Positions 53,449-64,000 of a DNA stretch of 64,000 nt are shown piece by piece. The stretch is from NCBI RefSeq assembly GCF_026210795.1, contig NC_089429.1:6572001-6636000 (forward strand). Reading direction: 5' to 3'. This stretch comes from Rhizophagus irregularis. Its lineage: Eukaryota. How positions within the stretch are numbered: position 1 is the stretch's first letter; the number at the start of each line of letters is the position of its first letter. Under the pieces are notes generated by a model. It had not been told where the DNA came from. It did not search any database and saw only the letters and a program-made list of their open reading frames with translations. The position numbers and the translations under genes are program-made.

Positions 53449-54946
53449 ATGATTTCATTTTTCTATTCCAATCTTTCGAAAGACGTTTCCTTAATTTTAA
53501 ATGATGCTGATGATTATAATGTCACTATTAAAGTTGGAGAAAACGAAATACCAAAGAATTTCGTGCGCATTCAGTAATCTTACGTGCTCGTTCTCCTTAT
53601 TTTAAAGGTGTTCTTTCATCCACTTGGATTACAAAGAAAAATGATATGATCATCTTTCATAAGCCAAATATTGCTCCAAATATCTTTGACATGATTTTAA
53701 GGTAAAACATTTAATTTATTATTTATTGAAAAAACATATTACATAAATTTATTTCTATGTATATTTTAGATATATTTATTTAGGCGAACTGGACCTGACA
53801 GAACAACCGGGTGAAGATATTCTTAAACTTTTAATTGCATCTGATGAGTTACTTCTTGAAGAATTAGTTGAATATTCACGAGACTACTTGATCAAACATC
53901 AACGAAATTGGATTCAAAAAAATTTTGTTCTTATTCTTAATACTGCATGTAAATATACAAGTTGCAAGACTTTACAAGATTATTGTTTTAAAATAATTTG
54001 CCTTAACCCAGAGCTATTGATTACTTCGGATAACTTTCTCTCATTAGACAAAGATATTTTTTATGACCTACTTGAACGAGAAGACTTATTGATTAAAGAA
54101 ATCGTTATTTGGGATCACTTAGTATTGAACAGACCCATGGTTTGGGAAATGAGAATTACGATTTAACTGTTTCGGTAAATGAGAAGTGCGACAGAAACGA
54201 ATGGAATAATGAGGACTACAAAGCATTGAATAAAATATTACATCAGTTTATTCCTCTCATTCGATTTGTGGATATTGCTTCTGATGATTTTAATAATAAA
54301 ATCAAACCATATAAAGATATTATTCTTAATCAAATTTATGAAGAAATTGAAGAATTTTATGATAAAGATACCTTTCCTAAATAACAACATTACCACTAAG
54401 AATAGGAAATTTTGATTCAAAGATTATTAAACCAAAACTCGCAAAAATAATTCTTAAATGGATTAATAAAGAAGATTTCTGGATTTCACGTTATAAATTC
54501 AATCTTATTTATCGTGGTAGTATCGATGGGAATCATTTAAAAATAAATGTAAAGGCCAAGTAGATAGTTTAGTTCTAGTTAAAGTTAAACAAGCAAGTAA
54601 AATATTTGGCGGATACAGTTCTATTGGATTTAACTCAATTGGAGACAGTCTTTTACGTATTTATAATGGTAGACAACGATTTTATTATTCATCAGATAAC
54701 TTCATCTTTTCGTTTGAAAATGAAGAGGATACTCAAAATATGAAAATAAGTCGTGTGATAAAATACGATAAAGCTATATACGATTATTACACCATTGGAT
54801 TTAATTTTGGTTTTAATTCATTATATATAAATGATTGTCAACACTTACAAGCTTATAATCTTTACCATTATTACGAAAATAATATAAATACAGAAATGGT
54901 TTATAATATTGAAGAAATTGAAACATTTGTTATAGTTAAACAATAG
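53449..54946 (+). pseudogene. BTB/POZ-BACK-TLDc domain gene, multiply frameshifted
   Basis: 'LNDADDYNVTIKVGENE / KEFRAHSVILRARSPYF', intron 53702-53769, 'LLIASDELLLEEL', 'FIPLIRF', TLDc-like 'FNLIYRGSIDG', 'KIFGGYS' and 'IEEIETF'. Frameshifts at ~53548, ~54120, ~54380 and ~54530. Confidence 0.9.
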
Positions 54947-55289
54947 TTCTATTATTGTTCACAATTTTCTATGCAATTTGAAATTATTTAATAAATAATC
55001 AATTCATTTAGTGAATTACTGTTTATTTATTAGTCTGAAGTGTAACGAAGGACTACATACTGTTCGTATCGGCACATATTGATGTGCAATGATAACTGCG
55101 CTTCGGACTTGTTTCTTATGAAAATTTACGTGAACTTGTGTAAATAAATGTCAATGATTTACCTGACGCACGTCTGAATTTTTGGCACAGTTTACGTGGT
55201 TGTCAGTGTTCTTTTTTTTTATTTTTTTTTCGTTTTAGGAACATTGTAATGTTTCTAAAACAAAAATAAGATGTAATAATAAAGAAATA

Positions 55290-55478
55290 CCGTAAAGTCC
55301 CGATTATAAGCACCCCGAATATAAGCACCCCCGGATTTTTATATTACCCGAAAGTAAGCACCCTTGACCAACACTATGATAATTTTGGCCAATACTACAA
55401 TATACCAAATATATAAATTTACCCAAATATAAGCACCCCTATAACAAAAAAAGGTTGCTTATATTCGGGACTTTACGG
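55290..55478. mobile_element. Tc1/mariner-pogo type MITE, 189 bp
   Basis: TA|CCGTAAAGTCCCGATTATAAGCA ... TGCTTATATTCGGGACTTTACGG|TA, with internal taagcaccc repeats. Confidence 0.92.
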
Positions 55479-57102
55479 TACCTCCATTTCACCCAATTTT
55501 AAAGTTTAAGAGGCTGTTCCTAAAAAAAAAATAAGGAAAATGAACGTTAGTAACGTTAGTAACGTTCCTAAAACAAAAATAAAATGTAAAAAAAATAAAA
55601 AGAAATATAAATATCTAGTGATCACAATAATTTATTTTATTAGGTTTTAGGCCTAGGGGCTTGATGGCTTGCATATTCCAATTTGGAAATATGTTTTTTC
55701 CAGTGAACATGTTCAATGTTTGAAACGTTCGAAATGATCAATATATATATTAACGCTTAAGGATGATCTAATGACAGTTGTTTCAAGCGATTGTAGTAGA
55801 AGAATAATAGTTATCCTTAATCAAATGAGTCTTATGTAAATTTTATTATAAAGAACGCTCTTTATTTAAAAACTTTAGTGATCATCTATCGATGTGTCAT
55901 ATGTGGTTTGGTTTGTAATGCCGACTGCTGATTTATCAATCCATTGATGACTTTTGATGTGGGTTGTGGGATTATACTTTCATAATATTTGTTACATCAA
56001 TGAAACTTAATCAGAAATCTTTTATCGAAATTTTTCACACAAATAAGCCTTTTTCGCGTAATATTCGTTTGTACAGCGTTTTTACCCGATCCAAGTATTT
56101 ACAGTAATTAATTGGTAATAAAAAAAATTGTTATTGTCTCTAATTTTGGCAATTACATAGATTTATAGTACGAAAGTACATGTTCAAATATTTTTTACAA
56201 ACAATTTGAGCGTTTCTTTTCAATAATTAAAAATATTTGAAGGAGCTATATATACTATTTATCGAAAGTTATAATGTAAGTGAGTATTCTTGCAATTTGT
56301 TATATATTTTTCGGTACAAAAAAAAAGAGAATTAAAGGAAAAAATGTTAAATATTACAAAATATGATTTTCTCATCTTGTTCTACATTTATGGCAAATAG
56401 ATTGATAAAAATTCTGACTATAGATACAAATCGGAACACTAACCTTTTTACTCATAAAGCGTAACATCCCGACCAATAAACAGTAGAATGGAACCTTTTC
56501 AAAAGAAATAAGATATAGATAAAAAGTAACCCTTTTTTGTGTCACTATCAGATATTCTATTTATTTCAAAAGTACAACCATATGATCTATAGTATAATTA
56601 ATTTTACAAATTTTTATATTATGAAATCTCTACAGAAGATACGGTAATTGTTTTTTATAATCGTACCGATACCGGGAAATTTTGCCACATTTAACAAGAA
56701 ATAAAGCTACAGTTACAAAATTGCAATGTTTCTTTCATAAATTAATAAATTTTAATTAAAAATATTATAATTTTATTTTTTTTAAAAAGAAAACAAAAAA
56801 GCAAGTATAAATAAGTAAAACCAAAGTTTATGTATAAACATAAATAAAAAAAGCGGTGGCTTAGTTGTGCCACTGATGTGGCTTCCTGATGGGCCATGAT
56901 ACCATCATCAATTCAAAAAAAATCACTATCATAGCCGATCAGCGGCTCAAAGCCACGTTATACTTTTTACTATGAATTATCTAAAAAACATACTGCAATC
57001 AAATAAAAGTAGTTATATCAAAGCCAATGGGCTGAAAAAATTTTTTTTTTGGTTAAAGTTAAGTCATAACAATAAGTTTTTTTCAATGGTGAATAATTTA
57101 TA

Positions 57103-57368
57103 GAAAATTTCTAAGTTTACACGGGGTGTTTGTACACGGGTCATATAAATATAATTTTTAATAGACTAATTTTTTGTTTTTTAATTTGAAATTGAATGCT
57201 ACCGACATTATACTCTTTTACTTTTTATTCTTATTATATTACAGATAAATATATGTATTTTCACCTGCTCTGCAAGTTTACTTAAGGCATTAAAGAAGGT
57301 TTTGAATGCCGTTTTAATCTACTAATATGACCCGTGTTTAAACACGCCGTGTACAAATAGAAATTGCC
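57103..57368. mobile_element. Mutator-like MITE, 266 bp
   Basis: ~44-bp imperfect TIRs (..aatttcta....tacacgg.gtgttt..acacgggtcatat) and an exact 9-bp TSD TAATTTATA (57094-102, 57369-77). Confidence 0.85.
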
Positions 57369-58227
57369 TAATTTATAAAGTAAAAATTATTAATATAAAT
57401 TGATCATTGGCTTTTTCATGACAATTACTTTTTTTAGAAAATAAATATCAATTAGCATCAAAATAATAAGAGAAATAAATTGCCCGACTAAATCATATGC
57501 GTGATTAATAAAAAAATTTTTTTCCTCCATATCCTCCATATACAAAGTTTTTAAAATAATTTTTTTGTAAATCAGATCAGATCATTTTATTTCGCATTAA
57601 ATATTTCATCTTAATAAGCCACATATAATCATGTAACAAGTCTATGTAGTGCGATCAGAAAAGTTTCCACACATATTACTAATTATTCTATTTAGAAAAG
57701 ATATATATACACCTTCAAAATCCTTACTTTCTCAATTTTTTTCTTTATTGAATTTTTTTTCAACTTATCATTTATCTCCCCACCTTGTTTAATTAAAAAT
57801 GTGTTAATTATACAGAAAAATAAAACTTGTGTTAACTTACTTCTAATCTTTATAAGGTTAACTTAATCTAATTATAAATAAATATACCTTGCTTTGGTGG
57901 TTCAAACGACTTCTTTAATAGACTGGTATCAGCAGTTATAATTTATTTCTTAATGGAAATAAGTAAGTGATTTTGAAGTTTTTATAAACACCATTCATAT
58001 CATTTATGTCATGTAATGTCATCTATGAGTTTCTATAATAAAAGGTCTACCAATTCTGGAAGAGGAATCAGTATTTTCCTTCATTAAAAGTTATAAGAAC
58101 TCTTATCATTCATTCATTCACTTGCATCATTTGTTTGATCATTTGTTTGTTTGTGTCATTTCATTCATTGCATCATTTTATTCACATTTCTAACACTTAC
58201 ATTTTTTTTATTTTGTGTGTATATAGG

Positions 58228-59224
58228 CAAGAAATTAAGACTTAGTTGCTATCCCTCTGATCATTCAGTTTTTGTTGTTGGTGATCTTGAATCAGTAAAT
58301 AAAGATAAATTCAAAGAGATATTCAATTCAATTGTACAAAATCAAATATGATGCCATGTTCTTAAAAAATTAGATAATAAGTGAGTATAATTGTTTTTTT
58401 TAAATTGATTGTAGAATTTTTATAATTTTATTAATATTATTATTATTACAGATTTGGGCTTATTCACTTTAAATCTAAAGACATTGCAAAAGATTTTTAT
58501 TCACGTGTACAAGAAAAAACTTTCAATATTCATGATAAAGAACTAGGAAATGTTGAAGTATATTTTCTACCTTCAATCATAAAAAATTGTAAACGAAAAT
58601 ATAATGATGATGAGGATAATCAAGTACATTATAACTTTAATTTTAATAAACAAGAAAACCAACTGAAGGCGGATATCATTGAAAAAAGTCAACAAATAAA
58701 TAATTTGAGAGAAAATATTGCAGAAAAGGATCGCAAAATAAACAATTTTGATGGAGGAAATAAAAAATTTAAAAGAAGAAATTACAGTAAGAAAACAGCA
58801 AATAAAGGATTTAGAAAAAAGTTATTTAACTCAAGATCAATTTCAAGAGTTGGTCAACATAGCATTTTCACCAAATACCTATTCTAACTTTATTAATTTG
58901 AAAACCAAGATTAAATTGCTTAAATTAAAGGAATTTTTACCTTATTATGAAAAAGAGAAGGAAAATTTTATGAAGTTAGTGTCCAAGGCAAAAGAACATG
59001 TAGGCAAAGAATTAGAGAAGTTTTTGAATCTTCTACTTGCCCAAAATGAAAAGGTAGAAAAAAATCAAGATGATGTTTCTTTTAATAAAGGTCAATTAAG
59101 TGCTTACAGGATTATTTTACAAGAAAAGATACCATATAATGAACTGGAAATTCTTTTAAACAAACACAAAAATATTTTGAAATTAGAAAGCCAATTACAC
59201 CTCTTATGGGATTCCTTTATGTAG
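58228..59224 (+). pseudogene. RRM-like plus coiled-coil protein gene, frameshifted; 5' exons uncertain
   Basis: 'SVFVVGDL' (RNP2-like), intron 58381-58451, 'FGLIHFKSKDIAKDFY' (RNP1-like), then a coiled-coil running into ORF 58748-59224. Frame breaks at ~58345 and ~58740. Confidence 0.55.
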
Positions 59225-60225
59225 TTGTGCAACTTATAATTTTATTATAAATAATTAAAGCTCCTTAGAATTGTAGGTGAAAAATAGTTAATAACAAACA
59301 GTTATATTCATTGTAGCTCTTAAGTAATATTAATAATAAATCAATGTGGTATCTATAATATTTAGTAAATACACAGAATTTTTTTTTGTTCAGAAATTAA
59401 AATAAGTGTAATATTACAAATAAATATAGATAACATAGAAGCTTAGTTTATTCTGATGTAACTATATTTATTTCATAGGTAAATCAAGTAAACGTACTAT
59501 ACAAAAAAATGAATTTACATGATCAACTATCATGCGAAATAAAAATCTACAGTTTATTATATGCTAAACTAAATTCTAAAAGAGAATAAATCTATTTAAT
59601 AGTGTTTTGTAAATAGATGACGATTATAGCTTGATTCATGGATTCATGGACATATCCCCTCCCACAAAGATTACACCAAATTCTTTCTTTGGGATTGATT
59701 CATCAATTTCATTGATCAATCCTCCTATTTTTTCTTCTCCTTCTTCAATAATATTATTTATATCCATCCTTATGGAATCAAGGTCTCTTTCAATAACTTC
59801 ATTTGTTATAGCCTTTTGAGCTTTAGTAATAATAATTTATGTGATCTCGAAATTAACACTAACACCTATTTTATTACAGGTTTTAGTTGATAAATTGACG
59901 TCTCCTGAAAATATGAAATTTTTGTCTAAAGAATATTACCTTTATTTCCTTTACTTCAATTTCATCCTTTTTTACTTAAAATTTGAAGATGTGTGTTTTT
60001 GGCAGCACCGGAAATATATGAATGGCTGAAATTCTTTTAGTGTGAAATTCATAAGCAACATGCTCTGAATATGAACGTTTTGAGCAAAATTCATCTATTG
60101 AATAAATTTATTCACATTTTTCTGACTAAATAATAAATTTCGTTTCTACATCAATTATCTCCACTTTATGTAAAAAAAAATTATTTTAAAATGCGAAGTA
60201 ATACAAGTCATGACCCAAAATAAAA

Positions 60226-60424
60226 CCCTGTAAAAAATCTGATCCGTGTTTAATCTTTCCATGTTTTTTCCGTGAATGTATCATTTTCATGGAATTAATA
60301 GCCTTAAATCATGGAAATTTTCATCTCGCTAACGTGGATATCCGTGAATGTATCATTTTCACGGAATTTTTACGGAAGTCACGGAGAAATAATGGAAATA
60401 TTCGGATAAAAATTTTTTATAGGG
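60226..60424. mobile_element. CACTA/CMC-like MITE, 199 bp
   Basis: AAA|CCCTGTAAAAAAT ... ATTTTTTATAGGG|AAA, with internal TCCGTG/CACGGA motifs in inverted arrangement. Confidence 0.75.
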
Positions 60425-61694
60425 AAAGAAAAATAAAAAAAAATGAAGTTTTAATTATGATATCAAGTATAATTAATTACCTTTATTATAATATCATAAA
60501 TTTTTTAAAAAAAAACTAATAAAATAAACTACAATTAAATTTACAAAAATTGTTCCTTCAACTTCAATTTCTCTAACATATAATGTAATTTTTCAATATT
60601 AACTAAAGCAATTTGTGCATAAGTGAGCTGAAATAAATTGGTAATAATATAAAAACATGCATATTTGTGTAATTATGTAAATAATAAAAGAAATTGTAAC
60701 ATGTATCAGTATCAGTTTTACTTACAATCTGACTTTATGATAGAGCTAGTAATTTTATTTGATAGTTAAAAAGCAAGATTTTTTTAATTATAAATTAGTA
60801 TATTTTGATTTAGCTACATTTATATAAATTCCTCCTAAAATTAAAGTATTGAAAAGATAGTTAAATTAATATTTTAGATGGTGAGTCTGATAGCTCTTAT
60901 GATGAGAATAATAGTTATTCTGACGATGATGAGCGTTGTGACTTGTGACCCTATCAAATGTTAAAGTGTGGCAACTTTGGTCATTTAAATGTAGAAAATA
61001 TTATTAATAAAACATAAATACAAATTAAATTTAATTACAACCACCAAAATTTTATTGTCTACCTGCCATGTGCTGCATTGTAAACAAAATAATGATCATC
61101 TGATCATACAATATAGCAACTTGTATCTTTTATTTATTGTACATATGATGTAAAAACTACAAAGTACAAATGACGTTAAGGTTAAGCTTTCGTAGGCTAG
61201 AATTATTTATTGCTCTAGGATATAGAATCGATTTTACTTATCTATCTCTTATAAATTAGTAGTAAGCTGGCGCCTTCTGTTGGCGTTGTTCTACGTGCTA
61301 TTTTGCTAATTTCTTTTCATTATCTATGCATCTCAATCAGTTATTTGACATCATATAATAAATGTCTAAAACAAGGATTAGACAGAAGATTCCAAAAAAT
61401 CAATTAAATTTCACAATTAATATATTCCTCTACGTAAATTAATCAAGAATTAAGAGTACAAATTATTCATCAAATTAGTGAAAACCTCTAACTATTTTAC
61501 CTTTCTTTTCTTAGATTCGATATCCAAGATCCTATGCAAGTCGCAATGTGATACAAAATGTCTATAGTTCTGATTGGCACAACAATAATCTTAATTAAAA
61601 CTTTTTCACATGATATTTATAAAGTAACCACAACCAAAAATAGTAACCATGTGATTTTTTTGTTTGTAATACAGTATTGAACGTAAAACTCAAA

Positions 61695-61725
<31 letters not shown>

Positions 61726-61785
61726 AAAACTCTTAACTTTTCATTTTTTAAAATTAAACCTAAAATTTTCAATAATATTAACAAA

Positions 61786-63240
61786 ATGCCTCAACTTTTC
61801 GCTGATTGTCTTAACGAAGTTATTGAATATTTAAATGATGATAAATATAGTTTACATTCATGTTTATTAGTTAATCGCCTTTGGTGTCAAGTTACCGTGG
61901 GAATTTTATGGAGAGATTGTAATAATTATAGTATTTCAGATTATAGAACTTTAATTAATTGTCTTCCAGATGAGTCCAAAAAAATTTTAAAAGAAAATGG
62001 AATTATTATTTCTACCTCACATCAAATTTTCAATTATGCAATATTTTGTAAAGTTTTATCAATTAGTAAAGTTCATGAAAAAATTTTTCACCTTCTTGAA
62101 AATCAATATAATCTTTTAGTTGAAGATCTTATCAATTATACACACATAATAGTACAAGAAATATGTAAAATGTATATGAATCAAACCTCTTTAAAAGTTT
62201 TAGAATACGTTCAATATTCTGATAGTATAACTTATGATATTTATCCTAGTCCTAAAGGTTTCTTAAAAAATCTTACAAAATTAACTTTTAGTTCAAATAT
62301 TTCTCCTGAACTTCTTATTAATTTGACTCAAACATGTCACAATTTGTTCCTTTTAGATGTAATAATTATTTATCATATTCCAAAGGAATTAGTTGATTTA
62401 ATTACCATTCAGAAAAATTTAAAATGTTTTAGTATGATGATACATGATGGACTGAAAGATGAAATCGATTCAATTCCATTGTTAACGATGGAACTTCCTA
62501 AAACTTTAACTAGATTTGTTGTTGTTGGAGAGAATTATAATATTTCATTATCATTTCTAGTAAATTTTACAAATTTACAAGAACTTGAAATATCATTTGA
62601 TTTTAGTGAATGTATTGAGAGTTTTGAAAAATTACAAGATGCTATTTTCCCACAATTACAAATTTTAATAATTAAATATGCATGTCCAAGAATGGAGTTT
62701 TTAATAAAATTTTTAAAAAATAATGGAAAAAATTTAAAAAAAATTCACATAGATGTTGATGATTGTGAAAGTGAAATTAGTGAGGATAGTGAGAATAGTA
62801 TTAATTCCTTGAATTTAACAATTGCTAAATATTGTCCAAACATCAGAAAACTTTCTACTGGATTTAGTGATAAGGCATTGGAAATGTTAAAAATATTATT
62901 TAATAATTGTCAATATTTAGAAAGTATTAAAATTTGGTGCGGAGGTAGATTTTTGAACGAAAAGGAAGCATTGGAGGCAGTTTTAGAATATTCAAAAAAT
63001 ATTTTTGAAATAATTTTACAATATGAATTTGACGTAAAATTTGAATTACTTCCAAGTGAATTAGAGTCCTTTTTTATAGATTGGAAAAAACGTATACCAC
63101 AAAAACCACTTTCTTTTGTGATCTTTGATAGTGAATTTTGTAAAAATGGATTAGATAAAAATGTTGAAAATATGAAAATCATTGAAAAATATATCAAATT
63201 AGGTGTTGTTAAGAATTTTGAAATTGATGATTACTCATGA
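61786..63240 (+). CDS. F-box domain / RNI-like leucine-rich repeat protein, 484 aa, single exon
   Basis: N-terminal 'LFADCLNEVIEYL..DKYSLHSCLLVNRLWC...ILWR' F-box signature, followed by LRR-like 'NLTKLTF', 'NLQELEI', 'CPNIRKLS' and 'CQYLESIKI'. Confidence 0.9.
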   Translation: MPQLFADCLNEVIEYLNDDKYSLHSCLLVNRLWCQVTVGILWRDCNNYSISDYRTLINCLPDESKKILKENGIIISTSHQIFNYAIFCKVLSISKVHEKIFHLLENQYNLLVEDLINYTHIIVQEICKMYMNQTSLKVLEYVQYSDSITYDIYPSPKGFLKNLTKLTFSSNISPELLINLTQTCHNLFLLDVIIIYHIPKELVDLITIQKNLKCFSMMIHDGLKDEIDSIPLLTMELPKTLTRFVVVGENYNISLSFLVNFTNLQELEISFDFSECIESFEKLQDAIFPQLQILIIKYACPRMEFLIKFLKNNGKNLKKIHIDVDDCESEISEDSENSINSLNLTIAKYCPNIRKLSTGFSDKALEMLKILFNNCQYLESIKIWCGGRFLNEKEALEAVLEYSKNIFEIILQYEFDVKFELLPSELESFFIDWKKRIPQKPLSFVIFDSEFCKNGLDKNVENMKIIEKYIKLGVVKNFEIDDYS

Positions 63241-64000
63241 ATTATGTAATTATTAACTTATTCAAGACGGAAGTTGCCGCCGTACTACCAATTATTGACT
63301 TAGACTTGTATTTTTTTTTTTGTAAATCGAAAGAAACATTCTTCTTTATTATTATATATTTTAAATCTTATCTATATATATTTTTGAGTAATACTATATA
63401 AGAACATTTTTAAATATAAAAAAAAATTTAAAAAAATACAAAAAAAAATATAAAGGATTTATATTTTTATATGTGCATAAAAAAGATATTTCTTTTTTTT
63501 TCGTGTGTCTAATGGATCAAACGTTGTTTTCTTGTATTTTATATCTCAATACGTGTAAATCAGCGATTCTTTAGCATATCCGTGTTTAGAAGTTGGAACG
63601 CTACCATTTGAAGTAATCTCACTTTGATCTATAATGAACGTAGGTTAAAAAAGAAATATAATAAATATATTTATTGTTTGTTAATACAATAATAAATTAT
63701 AATTCCCACATTAAAAACTCGTTGAATAATTTTTAACTACTTTTGGACTTCTTGTGATCTTGTCACGCCACTACGCCACTTATGGTTTTGTAAGTAAAGA
63801 AGAGGGATATCACAGAAGTAAGCGTCATAAGTTTACCGCGAATAACCAACATAAATCACCGCGTATGTAATATGCAAATCATTTTCATATTAAAAAAAAT
63901 TCGTGTAACCATATTTGAGTCACTTCATTTTATGATAAACCGTCAATTTTAATATGTAACTCCCATACAAATTAACTTTACTAGTCTCTGAAGTTAATTT

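Noticed and set aside
59600..60100. Decayed coding-like stretch on minus strand ('KAQKAITNEVIERDLDSIRMDINNIIEEGEEKIGG...')
   Set aside because: Multiple stops and no recognisable family or gene model.
62910..63197. Antisense ORFs here and at 2794, 3782, 11009, 17727, 19911, 48529, 54238
   Set aside because: Shadows of coding or pseudogene sequence on the opposite strand.

Overview
Very AT-rich eukaryotic DNA with short GT-AG introns. The gene families present (F-box/LRR, BTB-BACK-TLDc, TKL kinase/Sel1) suggest a Glomeromycota fungus such as Rhizophagus; this is an inference. The window is transposon-dense and gene-poor. Apparently intact genes: a 4-exon pogo/Tigger transposase inside a complete 3.3-kb TA-flanked element (19322-22648), a 3-exon 7TM/GPCR-like gene, a single-exon F-box/LRR gene and a 3-exon orphan gene. 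Also present: many pseudogenes (BTB-TLDc, a second 7TM paralog, kinase, F-box and RRM fragments), relics of RNase H-bearing non-LTR retrotransposons, MITEs with readable TIRs/TSDs (hAT, pogo/mariner, Mutator-, CACTA- and Sola-like) and a 1.76-kb foldback palindrome. Two signals stand out. (i) The transposase has an approximately 60-aa acidic insert in its catalytic domain (DD92D spacing). (ii) Two adjacent segments (~15.1-22.9 kb and ~23.4-26.7 kb) are each bounded by inverted arrays of a 26-bp dyad site, AAGAAAAATTC-N4-GAATTTTTCTT, and each encloses an orphan multi-exon gene, suggesting an unrecognised gene-carrying foldback-type element family. No rRNA, tRNA or CRISPR array was seen. All coordinates and splice models were read by eye.
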